From Phallusia mammillata (Eukaryota), in NCBI GenBank assembly GCA_965637545.1, contig OZ281494.1, positions 1,240,001-1,304,000 of the forward strand: DNA of 64,000 nucleotides. The letters run 5' to 3'. The notes beneath the pieces were generated by a model. The model was not told the DNA's origin. It was given only the letters and a program-made list of their open reading frames with translations, and searched no databases. This document shows positions 39,301 through 52,400 of the stretch, in pieces (positions within the stretch are counted from its first letter, which is position 1; each line of letters starts with the position of its first letter). A program made the position numbers and the translations under genes.

Positions 39301-41355
39301 AAATAAAAAATGATGGCTTGCAACATATTTTCTATTTAATACACGATTGTGAGAAAAAGACAAATTAAGACGTATTATTAATTTGCAGCCCAGTCACTTT
39401 TGCAACAATTGGAAAATTTGAATTTCAAACATGCTCGGAAAATAGAATCCGTTCAAACTCTAATTGGAGCTTTTTCCCAAAATCATGTTGAAACCAATGG
39501 CACCACTTACGTACATGGAGAAACACAACTGCGCATCGTTGTTACCAACATCAACCAGGAGACATATAACTCAACTTTACAGTTGGGATCATCTAAGATT
39601 GCCTTCTTATTGCAGACAAACGGGGTTCAACGCGTCGTTATCGATGTGTATGTCTTTAAGATAAACACAAACGAAACTGTACAGATTCAACCGGTCCAAG
39701 CCGGTTCCCTAACCACAACAAAGTACATAGCTGCATTGAACACCACCTTTATTAATATTGTTGGTCGCAATGCAGATAGCTTGAAACCCGCACACAGCAA
39801 CCATTCAACCAGCAACGAGGAAAACAATCATCTTCAAGGAAACGCAAATTTCACCGTATCTCCAATGTCACCAGAATCCGTCTGCAAAAAATTCAAATTG
39901 GGAAAGACCAACAATGCAAACCTTATTATCAACAAAATGGAACCAATCTGTCTCTACTTCGACAGAGTTGAAGAAAAGTATTCCGATCGTGGTTGCGTCA
40001 CAATTACTGATAACGTATCAGGCAATGTCACTTGCAAATGCAACCATCTCACTTTGTTCACTGTTCTGCTTGCTGTCCAATCCATCCAAATACCAAAGGG
40101 CGTCACGGTAAGCAGGTCACTGTAAATTAAACACAACCAAGTAAGTCACGTTTTGCATTTAGGTCGCATATTATACGACAAAATCAGCATCCATCATGTC
40201 TCTGGTTGCCACCATAATAATCCTATACAAATCGAAACACAGCGGAGATCGGGTTCCGGTTCAAATCAGCTTGTCACTGGCTCTTCTTCTCTTACACGTT
40301 GTCAACATATCACATGATCTTGCCGTCTTGAATGAGGTTGCTTGCGTTATGCACACTGCAGCATATCAGTATGTGTTGCTGTGTTCAGGTTAGTGAAGAA
40401 ATGAGATAATGTAACAGAACACGAATGTTGGCGCATTGCATGAAATCTGACATGTTTTTGTTCAGGAATGTGGTTTCTGGTTGAAGGAATTCGTCTCTTC
40501 ATGGCAACATCGTTTCCATTTGAGTATTACAACCAGAATTCGTCGAATCGTCTCAGGAAATTCATGCTGATTGGTTGGATTATTCCTGCTTTTTTAGTAG
40601 GCTTGTCCATAGCTGTAGAGTTGCCCCTCGGTATCTACATGAAGCCACAACCATCGTTCAAGCAATGTAACGAATTTATTCCGATTCTCAAGTACGACAG
40701 ATGCTGGTTGGCTCCTGGAACTTCGATCTTTTTCACAACGGTGGTCGCTCCTCTTGCTCTCATCCTCTTGATCAACTTCATGATTGTGCTGAAAACGACC
40801 CATGTGATGCTGAACTCAAAGAAGATGCGAAACAGAGGTGAAGATGCAGTGACAGACGACTCCTTAAGAGCAGCAAGGAGTTTTATCTTACTCTTCCTCA
40901 TGCTCGGCGGTACTTGGGGTTTTGCCTTCGTTACAGGTGATGTTTGTGTGTTTGAACTTTTCCGTTTTTAAATATTAACATCATTGTACCTGCATTGTTT
41001 GTTTTAATTGTTTAACAAAAATTCTTTTTGTACAGGAATTGGCAACAATATTTCGAACGAGGTGTTCATGTACATCCACAACGTGTTAAATGGATCGCAG
41101 GGAATCGCCGTCTTCCTGTTGTATTGCGTCATGCGTGGCGACCTCAAACAGGAAATGCTGACACGCAAGCGTAAAGCTGATGTCGGATTTGAGCTGCAGG
41201 AGAACGCTGCAAACCCAGAAGGAGAAGAAAGTTCAAACCTGGTAGGAGGTGAAAGTTCAAACCCATTAAGAGATGAAAGTTCAAACCTGGTAGGAGGTAA
41301 AAGTTCAATTGAGCACCAAGGTGAAAGTTCGAACGAGAAGGATGTCAAATTTTAA
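36326..41355 (+). CDS. aGPCR-A: adhesion GPCR (signal - split CTL-like domain - 1 FN3-like - GAIN/GPS - 7TM - Ser-repeat tail)
   Basis: Exons ~36326-36383, 36579-36755, 37167-37299, 37358-37458, ~37957-38121, 38192-38387, 38452-38546, 38622-38726, 39160-39256, 39388-40107, 40162-40388, 40466-40936, 41036-41355. GPS motif GC..VTCKCNHL/TLFTVLL; TM3 WFLVEG, ECL2 CWL, TM6 LGGTWGF and TM7 NGSQG typical of secretin/adhesion-class 7TM. Confidence 0.92.
41227..41334 (+). repeat. Coding 24-bp tandem repeat (ESSNxxxx, ~4.5 units) in aGPCR-A tail
   Basis: gaaagttcaaacctggtaggaggt-like units: ESSNLVGG ESSNPLRD ESSNLVGG KSSIEHQG ESSN. Confidence 0.85.
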
Positions 41356-42067
41356 ATGAAAAAGACGTAAAGACACAACTTTAGATGTTTATAGAATTTG
41401 TTTCAGTTTTCGCATGCACAGTGTTTGTTTTCATTGTTTTGCCTTACCCTTTTTGTCGGATGACCTAAATATGCTAAAATGTTATGATACTGGACTGTTG
41501 GGGCGGTCACACACCATACCTGGATATAACACAAAACAATTTTGGCGTCAAATAAATTTTAGATAAAAAACACGTGTGTGTGTTTGGTTCGGTGCCAGAC
41601 ATTCAAGCTGAAATTATTTCCCTTTCGCCGCTACATTAAGTTGTACATATAGAAAACCGTAAAGCAGCAGCAGCTACGTTTAAATTTGTTTCAATGTTGT
41701 TATATGGCTTTGAAATTGTTACCAATTTGCCATTCAAATTTTGGTTGACATACTTTCTATTACGTTATTTTTACATCATGCCTCTTTCGTATTTCGTATT
41801 ATTGGTCGCACAACAGGATTTTATCCAATTTATGTTGACAACTCGCTACATTCACCTATTTCAATGCATTCGTTTGTGTATATATTACTGTGTGTTATTT
41901 GGCCGTTCTATTTACACGCCATAACTGTTGACCTCTAATTACAATGTTAATGGCGCTAATTAATTTTAAATTCCAAATTCTGCTAACAGCAACAAACATG
42001 GTTATCATTTCGTATCTCCTACCATTTTGTGTTGTGACAACAGTATTTTGTATGTACATTTTAAATT

Positions 42068-42435
42068 TGTATGTAACGTTAAAATAAATGAGTGACGGGT
42101 GTCATTGAAAAGAATTGACCATTTGTTTTGGCTCAGCGTAGTGTTTACTTCAAAACTCAACTACTACTAACAAAACTAAAAACAAATACCGAAAGAAGGG
42201 TATTTAATCGGTATTTTACTTCTAGGCGTTAAATGTCGACGACCTGAATGAAACAACATTTTTTAGTGATAGCAGTTACAAAACTGTAGTGCTCTCGTAA
42301 CAAAACTGTAAAAAGATATTTGAGTTTAAAACCATGCCCCTTGTATGTAATGTTAAATAAATGAGTGAGGGGAATTGAAAAATTTTGACCATGTGTTTTG
42401 TCTCAGTTTAGTGTTTGTTTCCAAACTCAACTTCA
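42068..42435. repeat. Diverged ~100-bp direct repeat pair
   Basis: tgtatgtaa(c/t)gttaaa..aatgagtga..ttgaccat..tcag..agtgttt..aaactcaac occurs at ~42068 and ~42342. Confidence 0.6.
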
Positions 42436-43050
42436 ACTAATCCTGAGAATACTCGTAACAAATACTAAACCAAAGGTACTTAGGCCTTGGGTAAATTCCC
42501 CTAATTGAGTAATCTGACACTTTATAGGGGTGCTGGCTGCAAAAAATGTTTCACTAAAATTGCGTTCAAAGCAAAGGTTTTACGTTTTGGTCCGTTTTGG
42601 TCCTTGTATGCCAATAGAGGGTCAGTGCCATTATACCACGGCAGCAATATAATGTCAAATCGTAATCTTGTTTTGAAATGGATTGATGACTTAAGAAACT
42701 GATTACACTGTAACCGTCTTCAGACTGTGATGTTTAAGTATGGGTTGCGTTTCTGACGGTCGCCAATTTTTTATTGTAAAGGTAATAGATGAAGAGGTTG
42801 CAAAAAGAGTAGTCAAAAGCCAATGTTTAGGACATTAACAACTGAACAATAAATTTCTAACACCATTTCCCATTTGACAAGATTTGTACTTTCAACTGAA
42901 AGAATCGACTTGGAGAAAAATAATTTTTAACTGGAAACCCAGATTAGCTAATAGAATCCAGCAATCAGTGTCAAAGAATAAAATTTCAGCATTCAGTTGG
43001 GTATGTTGAAATTTACAAATTATGTACCACTCATTAATTTATCACAGCAC

Positions 43051-43223
43051 CCTGTCACAATTTCTGCGAATATGAACGTACACGGTAAAGGATATCCCTG
43101 ACAGATGTCCAATCCGTAAATGTATTTGTCTCATTTTTGGGCCTGTCACAATTTCTGCGAATATGAACGTACACGGTAAAGATATCCCTGACAGATGTCC
43201 AATCCGTAAATGTATTTGTCTCA
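43051..43223. repeat. ~90-bp tandem duplication (2 units)
   Basis: cctgtcacaatttctgcgaatatgaacg...tgtatttgtctca occurs at ~43051 and ~43142. Confidence 0.9.
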
Positions 43224-44418
43224 AAAAGAGGCAATGACGAGAAATGTACGCTGAGGTATTTTTTACATTCCCTTTCAACTTGCTTCAGTGAACCCGTTTC
43301 AAAATCTTGTTCTTTTGAAAGAACCGGAAACAATTAAATTAACGCCTAGTGGGTTTCTTAGGAGAGTGTAATATGAAACTGCGTACATGCAATTTGTGAA
43401 CCAACAGTTGGCAAATGTGTGGAGGCCGTTACTTGTATTGACGGTCACGTTTATAACGCGGTCAACAAATGCAACTAAACAACGCAGAGGCGACACCTGA
43501 CGACTACAAAAAAACATACATCGCCCACACAAAGAATTCAAATTATATTTTCGAATAGAATTCGTATCGTTTTCGATTTTTAAACAAATGTCTGACTTTA
43601 TAAGTATCTGTCGATACGAAATAAACCATAAAGTGCACACACAATTAAAACCCTTTTCTCCCGTGTTAGAAAATAAATTAATATAATTCTAAGTTAAATT
43701 GTTGTTTTGAACAATTTAGGCATGGTGTCTTTTATTGCGACACAGGTTTTTGAACAATTTGGACACCAGACAGCCTTTGTTAGACCTTGATATCACAACG
43801 ACCAGTCTATTTGTTATCAAAACGACCGGTCTATCGGTTGTTTGGTAATACGTGTAGTGACCGTACTTTTTTCAAAGTCTGAGCAGCCTGGATGTCACCG
43901 ACAACCGCACAAGGGTTTCCTAATTTGTCTCCAACGCAACACTGCCTGCCTGACGGGTACATTCAACAGTTTTGTTGCATTGGTGCTCTGTTAAACGAAC
44001 AGAAAAGGTGTCACAAACACATTATAACGAATACGCTGAACAACGTACACCAAGAAACATGCTAAGAAATCATTATTACGGTATTTCACATTCATAAGTT
44101 ATCACAAAATAAATCTCATGCAATAAACACAATCAAAGTAAGTACCAACTTGTTGATAATCCAAGTTTAAATTTCAGGATTTAATTGTACTTTGTTTGAC
44201 AAAGACGTTTCAACAATTTAATTCACTTTCATCATTCACGTTGTTGTATTTTGACGTTAGAGTTTTCTCCATCAATCATGACAGGCGCTTTGTCACAATA
44301 AAATGTCAAAACACAAGCGTGTAGCAGAAGCAGGGAAAAAAGAACAAGCAAGCAAATTGTCGCTGTAAAAATGTGCGTTCCAAGTTAATGCTTTTTACAG
44401 TAAAAATGTAACATTCTT

Positions 44419-46012
44419 TTATAGTTGTACAAGGACAAAATATCCGTTCACTATGTCCAATGATATGCGCAACGCCTCGATTCCGCATCGACCAAGTAAA
44501 TTTAAATGCGGCATTCTGGAGACAAACATCGTAAGACTACATATGGTTGTCCCGTGTTTGACTTCTGCTTGGAATGCGCCGAGTATCGGCACCAGATGTT
44601 CCGTTGCAGAGTTGAAACGCTGATTGGTTTCCTTTAAACTCGGTTTCACAATTTTCTTCCAGAAATTTACAGAAACGAAATTTCCGCTTGTTGCTGTGTC
44701 AATCTCTAACAAACAAGCTTTACCGTTTATGCTGACGGTTACCTCGAGTTTCGGACTGAAATCTGCTTCTGGCTTCATCGAAAGTAGCGAATTTACATGT
44801 TGAACAGGCGAAACAGACGCCTGTTTCTTTCTGCAAACAATTTCCAAATGGCCTATACGTTTACAGAATTTGCAAGTGGCTCTTTTATAGCGGCAATCGG
44901 GTGCCAGGTGGTCAGGTTTTCCACATCGGTAACAAGATGTATTTTTCCTAAACTTGTCAATTGTAGGTGTGGACGTACTAAAACCTTTCTTTGCATCCCG
45001 TACCTTGTGTACCGATCCGCGAGTTCCATACACAGTTTCCTTTGCAACCTTTGCAGCGTCTTCGGTTTGCATTGCAACTTCAATAGCTCGGGTAAATGTC
45101 AACTTAGCGGCGTTGATTTTGAATTTGCCTTTAGCACTGCTTTGTTACCTATAGAACAAATGAACCTTGCACGCAACGCTTCGTCCAGCGGGGCTTTAAT
45201 TGAAGGAAAATCGCACGTGCCTGCGTCGTGACGAATGCGTGCAGCTAACTCTTGCACTGTTTCCCCGGGCTTGCGCTGCATGTTGCTCGAAAATTTAAAG
45301 CGTTCCCGAATAACAAACCTTTTCGGATCGAACTGTTCTTTCATGAAACCTTCAATTTCTGTGATTGAAAGATCGTTCACAGTCTTGGCTGGGGAGCTTT
45401 GACCAGCCAGATTGGATAGAAGCTTGTACGTTGTAGGGGTTTGATTGGTGAGAAAAACTTGAGCCACCCTCGTTTCTGGAACAGCATGTGCTTGTATAAG
45501 CGTTGTAAACCTAGACCAGTAGTCGTCCCACAGCTCCGATGTTGAGTCGAATGAGGCAAAGCTTGGCGTAGCAACGGAAGGTGCAGCGTTGTGACTTGAA
45601 CCAGCTTTCTCAACTAAGGCAAGAATTAGCTTCATTTGTTCATCATGGCGTCTTTGCTGCTCTTTTAGTTGTTCTTGCATCAGCTTTGCAATTTTCTCCA
45701 TCGTTGAAAAGAACTATCTTCGATACCAAACTGCGTATAACTCGTTCAGTTGGTAGATCCCGTCCTCGTCGCCAATAAACTCTGTTGTATTTCTTTGTAT
45801 TGTTCGCTCAAAGAGTAAAATAGAATGAATAACGAATAAATGAAACAAGCATTTATAGCTTGGATAATTTGCAATTTACATAGCACAGACGAATAGTAAT
45901 CACCACAGGCAAAACAGTAATGAATGCGGTACAATTAATGAATCACGTGACTATGGAATGCGCGTGGGCGATTCAATGCCTTAAGGAAAATGCACGAAGC
46001 GGAACCACAACA
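44419..46012 (-). mobile_element. Truncated Ty3/Gypsy (Mag-like) LTR retrotransposon: 5' LTR, PBS, gag-protease
   Basis: LTR 45783-46012 bounded by TGTTGT...ACAACA; PBS TGGCGACGAGG just inside (~45763-45773). gag ORF 45701-45099, frameshift, then two CCHC-type knuckles (CYRCGKPDHLAPDC, CKFCKRIGHLEIVC) and an aspartic protease motif (EIDTATSG). Ends before RT. Confidence 0.9.
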
Positions 46013-47000
46013 CAAACTATCTCTTTAGCATGATTACATTCGTGTGTATCGAACTGTCGTTGTCGCCTCAAAAGCCCGTTTTTAGTGTTGGTCAATCTTC
46101 TAACATTGAATTGCCGTTGACAAAAGTTTCAACCGATGTATGATTTTTATTGCTCATTCAGTTTTTTGTGATTTATGTTGTATATTTAGATTTTGTGCTT
46201 GTGCATTAATGTCGTACAAAATCCACGATGTCTTGTCTATTTCGTTGCATTAAGGTAGAACAGCAAACTGTTTGTCAAACCGAAGCAAATTGTTCACAAT
46301 TAATATGTTGATTTAGTAATAATTAGATTTGTCATCGGAACTATGTAAACAATACTGCTCAATTACACTAATAGTTGTTTTAAAACTTTAAAATGGTATT
46401 GTCTCACTGAAAATCAACACCATGAAACAATGAAGCTTAGTTGCTGAGTTGTGTGAGGATGTATTTATGGATCCACAAGCATAAGTGAAACCATCGGAAG
46501 TGTGTTCGATAATTCAATATTTGCGATTTGAAGGTGTCGACCACTCTGTATTTGTAAGTTGCAAGGACGTTAGGTGGCGTAAGAGGGTCATTTGTGACGG
46601 GATGCGTTGACTGCAAATACTTGGCATCAGTCTTTGCCAAAAAATCTCAATCACATTGCTTCTTTCCAACTGATTTAGATGTTAGTCGGGTTTTTCCTTT
46701 TGGTTTTTTGAGGTTGAAGTCTAATCAAGTGTCGTAATTTTCACGTTCGAATTGGTAACTTTCGTCAATTGAGCTCTGAATTTAAGAAATTACGGATCAG
46801 GAAATTACGGATGAATTTAAGAAATTTTCGATCCTGCTTGCAACTTCATACTTTAGTCATCAATTATTGCATATATTTTGTTAACTTCCTCAAGGTTGTT
46901 GACTACGTCAAATCCAATACCTACATTTACCACCCGGAAGTGACAAGGAGACTGGCCTGTATACGTTCAACGCCTCTTACAAACTTTTCCGTTTCATAGG

Positions 47001-47950
47001 ATACAACTTGCCAGCATGGAGCGTTGTATTATGGGATTGGATGGGAGAAGTCAAGCATGGAGTGCAGTGGGGAACCGGCTTGCCATGCTTTTCAAGTGAA
47101 ACGTGAGTATTCTATATACGTGTACTAATATACAAAAGATTCCCTAGTGTAGTGAATTTTAAAAACGCTACCTAAAATCTTTCGTAGCCATTTCTTTCAA
47201 TGCCTCATTGCGCTGTTTTCTTATGGTAAAATTACTGAACGAATGACAATGAAGTGTAGTATAAGTTCGATTTGCAGTTAAAGATGAAAAAGTGTTTGTC
47301 TTATCACAGTATCGAGAACCAGTACTTTTTTTGACGGTACTGTTTTTTGCAGCCCTGTTATTTCTCCAACATTTGGGAAATAAGAATTTAGCAACTACTG
47401 GAGAAATAAAAACATTGAAAAACAAATTGGATTTTTTCCCTAAAATCATGCTGAAACCGACGGAGTTGCAAGTAGGGCCGGGTTCGGGTTCGGGCCTGGT
47501 TCGGAATCGGAAAACAGGCTCAAAACGGACCCGACTTGACGTTCCGTGTCCGCCATTGTTTTTTAAATAAAATCACTTAGCTAAGTAACAATTCTCTGGC
47601 TTTGACCTCATGCCCACCCTCCTCTAAAACGTATCGTTTTACCCATTGTCTACTATTGTTCAATGTGTTCGTTGTCTTTCTCTTTTTTCTTTCTCATCCT
47701 TTGTTGCAAGGCTTTCGTGGGTAGGCCTGTCAATCAAAATTTCGGGCCCAAACGGGCTTTGCAAAAACGTTTCGGGTTCGGGCCGGGCTTCGGGCTTCGG
47801 GCTTATACATTCGGGTTCGGGCCAGTCTTCGGGCTTATACATTCGGGTTCGGGCCGGATTCGGTCTCAGATTTCGGGCCCGCTTGCAACTCTGGACGGAA
47901 CCACTTATGATTACGGAAAAGCTGTACATCGTTGCTACCAACATAACCGC
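47001..47950 (+). pseudogene. Relic of an aGPCR-B-like gene (CTL C-half fragment + start of GAIN exon), interrupted by a MITE
   Basis: 47001-47103 matches the TTCQxGALxYGIGWExSSMxCSGEPA..QVK|gtgagt exon with substitutions. The following intron and 47352-47460 / 47893-47950 align to aGPCR-B ~51030-51455 with frameshifts. No 7TM follows. Mirrored at ~62567-63516. Confidence 0.85.
47461..47892. mobile_element. Foldback MITE with (TTCGGG)-like subterminal repeats (mirror ~62625-63056)
   Basis: Ends gagttgcaag / cttgcaactc; arrays of ttcggg(c); interrupts the GAIN exon of the aGPCR relic. Confidence 0.75.
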
Positions 47951-48443
47951 CTATTGCTTGCTCGGTGTTTTTTTTACGTTAGCCGCTCCTACACGTTATA
48001 GGAATAAAACAAAACAAATGGAGGATGAGATATACAGACAGCTTTGAGTCATGCTTTGCAACGCATTGCTCTTTCTTTCAGACGAAGCTGTTCATTTTTA
48101 CAACATACAGAAAACTCCATCAAAGCTAATCAACAATGTGTTATGAGTCAGTAATCAGTGTCGGTTGTGCAGATGTGCAGTGGGTAGTCGTACCTGTTCT
48201 AGGGTTAAAATCTTGACGCACAGGAAGCAGAAGTAGATCTGTGTAAATGGTTCCCTACTTCATGATTTAAATAACAGCGCCAAGAAAATAAAAAGCGACA
48301 TAGTTTACAGTTCGGCACATGCCATCAGCAGTGTTATGAAGGGATACATCAGGTACACGCGTTTGTATACAGTTGGGTCACATAACAAATGTGCTAAGCA
48401 AGCGTAGCGTAAGACGGTGTGTTGTATATTGCTTTGCATAGCA

Positions 48444-49067
48444 CAGGTGTGGCCAGACCTGCTTCACGCTCGAGCCATATCACATAACTTAGTTTTAGAA
48501 GAGCCGCAACACAAAAAAAATCAAAAAACGAATTCATTTAATCACCACGAAGCATAAGCTATCAAATAATGATTATTGTTGTATGGTGATACTGTGAGTC
48601 TCCACCTGGGCTGCAAGGTGTTTGAAATTTGGCTGATATAATGGAAAAGTTTTTGTGTTTAGCTTCGTAATGACGTTTGAAGTCACTAGTTTTGTAATGA
48701 TTGAACAAAGCTTGACAGATAAGACACACAGGTTTAAACTTTGCAGTTATTGCTAGTAGAAGCTGCAATAGAAATGTAAAGTGCTTTTAATGTCAGCCCT
48801 GACTTACAGCTTAAATCTAAAAATATATTTGACTATAATGCACAAGTTATAGCACACTTTTGTACAAAAATGTTCTTTTCGCCTGGTTTCGGAATGTACA
48901 TTGGTTATGACAAACAGTCAGTCTATTGTTAATACGTGATAAAATGCATTGTTTTATCAACTGGTCAAACAACTGCAAGATGGGAATGCATGTGCAGCAT
49001 CAAAGAGCCGCAATCAAAGGCTCAATGAGCCGCATGCGGCTCGAGAGCCGCAGTTTGGCCACCCCTG
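48444..49067 (-). mobile_element. Internally deleted hAT (Buster/Charlie-like) element with BED-finger remnant (mirror 61450-62073)
   Basis: TIRs caggtgtggcca / tggccacccctg; perfect TSD gcatagca; internal KPVCLICQ...KRHYEAKH zinc-finger remnant. Confidence 0.88.
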
Positions 49068-49449
49068 GCATAGCACATTGCATGGAGATTTTAAATCAAG
49101 TGTTGTGCATTTTAGCTTCCCTGTTGTAAAATAACTTACATTGGTTACAAAGTTTAAGCACAGACAATGTCCAGTTCACTTGTGTTCACTTGGTCCGGAA
49201 GCAAAGCAGTATTGCGAGAAAATGAGGGCGAATCGGTTCAGCTGGTTACAATACATTGACCGTATTGGCTATAGCCAGAATACAGCACACCAAAGCGTCA
49301 GGACAGACTGAAACGTCCACAGCCCACCTGTGAGCTCAAAGTTTATGTTATAATTGCAGCCAGTGAAACACAACGTGTCTTCTACTTCTGCAGCAAATAG
49401 TAATGGCAAGTAGAAAGTGGCCGTATATGTGATCATTGTGACAAACGTG

Positions 49450-52400
49450 ATGACTGGGCTTTCCATCAGCAAGTTTGTGATTTTGTTCCTGATGATTCAC
49501 AATGTATACGGACAAACTAAACGTAAGTGTTACCACTAAAAGTGTTAATATTCGTTTGTTGGGCAATTTAATTTTGCCAATTTTGCAATTAATTGTGCCA
49601 ACTGTCCGAACTCAAGCCTGGTGTTGCGTTTAACAACTTATTAGACAAAACAATTGCAGAAAACAGTGCAACAACGAGGTGTTTTCCAGGTTGCAACAAA
49701 ACGATGCAAGCAGTGAAGGACAGTGTGCTGATATTATCTGACGATCTTGTGGATGCAAACACTGCACAGGAGAAATGTTCTTTGCTGGGTGGAAGTCTTG
49801 CAATGACTGATGACCCACAGATCAACACAACTCTCACTCAACTCATGACAGACAAATACACGAAAGGTTGGCATATTGGTATACAATTTTAAGGCTCGGC
49901 AACAAAGTACAACAAAACGACTTAACTGCCTATCCCAACAAAACGTTGTTTCAGATTTGCAGCGGGTTTATATTTTCTTTGACCCGGACACATATGAACG
50001 ATGCAAATACTCATGTAGTTCGGCTGAAGTGGATTTCTGGAAAAGTACAAAATCTCTCGGACATCTGTGGTATTTCGACTTGTACAAAACGTAAAAAGCA
50101 GATAATTATAAACTTTTCATGATCATTTGGATCAGCGGCTAAAATTTTTCAGTTATGTGTTCATAGCGGCCCGTTTCATCAACTCGAGAATTAGCGGTCT
50201 ATAAAGTTGAATGTTAACCTTAGAAAACAAAAAATTAAAGCAAAATCACTACTATAAGGGTTAAAACCAGATAGTTATAAACTTGTCACTATCAATTAAC
50301 CTAAATTTTTTCGAACAGGAATCTCGAAAACGCGATGGAACCAATTTACTTCTGCGAGGCTTGGAAAGACAGGAATCCTGAAATGGAAAAGTGGTTTGTG
50401 TCTATTGGAAGAAATTGTGACGGACTTTTACCTCATGGAGATTGGGCCGGTTGGTTTTTATTACCTCAGTAAAGTTTGTTGGACCACAAAAATATATTAT
50501 TGCCAAAACATATTATGTACAGTTTATGTTTTGGGTTTGTCAGGTTTTGATACAAAATCTTTTTTATTTAATGTCTTGTATCTCACATACAAATATATGC
50601 GGGATGGAACCTACGATATTCCTTGTTTTTCGACGCTAAATCAAGGAAACGTCAACACGAAATATTCAGCTACAGAAGCATCGGTGAAATGTATGGAAGC
50701 AAACTGCGAAGTGTCAATGAATCGTTTGAAAACTTTACTACATATGATGGATCATTCCTGGCACCAAGTGAGCGTTTGATCTTAAATAGTAATACATCTG
50801 CTCTCATGTCAAAAAGCATTTACCTTCTTTCTAGAAGTTAAAGTGTTTGTTGGAGCTCGTTACAACACGTCGTTGAATGGTTGGTATTGGAGCGATGGAT
50901 CTCCGGCAAACTTTCCTGTTTCCAACGTCACATCTTGCCAGCAGGGAATGTTGCATTATGGGATCGGATGGAAGCAGTCAAGCATGAACTGTAGTGGTGA
51001 ACCGGCTTACTATGCTTGTCAAGTGAAACGTGAGTGTTCTAATATGCATGAACTGAAACACAAAAGATTTCCTGGTGTAAAGAATATTAAAAATGCAGCT
51101 TTCAATCCTTTTTCAAATACTTTTGTCCATACCTAATGTACATCTTTTTCTGATGTGAAATGACTCAACAAGTGACAATGAATTGTAGTATAAGCACGTT
51201 TTGCAGTTAAGGATAAAAAAGTGTTTGTCTTATAAAAGTAACGAGCTAGTCGTTATATATATTTTTTAACGGAGTTGTTTTTTGCAGCCCTGTCATTCCT
51301 CCAACGATTCCGAAATAAGAATTTAGCAAATACTGGAGAAATCAAAAACATTGCAAAACAAATTGGAATATTTTCCCAAAATCATGCTGAAACCAACGGA
51401 ACAACTTATGATTACGGAGAAGCTCAACTGTACATCGTTGTTACCAGCATCAACCAAGAGACATATAACTCGACTATACAGCTGGGATCATCTAAGATTG
51501 ACATCTCATTGCAGACAAACGGGGTTCAACGCATCGTTATTGATGTGTATGTCTTTCAGATAAACACAACCGAAACAGCACAGATTCAACCTCTCAAAGT
51601 CGGCTCCCTGACAACAACAAAGTATGAAGCTGCATTGAACACCACCTTTATTAATATTGTTGGTCGCAATGCAGATAGCTTTGAACCCATATCCAGCAAC
51701 CATTCAACCAGCAACGAGGAAAACAATCATCTTCAAGGAAAAGCAAATTTCACCGTATCTCCAATGTCACTAGAATCCGTCTGCAAGAAAATCAAATTGG
51801 GAAAGATCAGCAATGCAAACCTTATTATCAACAAAATGAAACCAATTTGTCTCTACTTCGACAGAGTTGAAGATAAGTATTCAGATCGTGGTTGCGCCAC
51901 AATTACTGATGACGTAACAGGCAACGTCACTTGCAAATGCCACCATCTCACCTTGTTCACTGTTCTGCTGGCTGTCGAGACCACCACCATACCAAAGGGC
52001 ATCAAGGTAAAGATTCAAATAAGTAATTTAAAGAATGGCTCACTATTAAGAAATATTTTATTTTAGAATGTAAAGTTTAAAGATTCAAATGTCATCTTAA
52101 CAAACAGCACATGATTACGCAATATTTTATTTCAGATCACATCTTACGCCACAGAATCAACATCAGTCGTATTTCTGATTGCCACCATAGTAATCCTATA
52201 CAAATCGAAACAAAACATTGATCGGGTTCCGGTTCAAATCAGCTTGTCAATGGCTCTGCTACTCTTCCACGCAGTCAACCTATCCCATGATCTTGCCGTG
52301 ATGCACGAGATTCCATGCGTGATTCACACAGCAGCCAATCAATATTTATTACTCTGTGCAGGTAAATAACTAACCACATAATTCAACCCTTAAAAGATTT

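Noticed and set aside
45099-45135. Programmed frameshift in the Gypsy element
   Set aside because: The shift lies within gag upstream of the zinc knuckles in a truncated copy; a 1-nt loss through decay is more parsimonious.
46437-46640. Short ORF (…VLATYKYRVVDTFKSQILNYR…) faintly like retroelement proteins
   Set aside because: Too short, with no diagnostic motif.
47646-48047. Gly/Pro-rich ORFs on both strands (GSG/PEP repeats)
   Set aside because: Translations of the TTCGGG repeats of the MITE.
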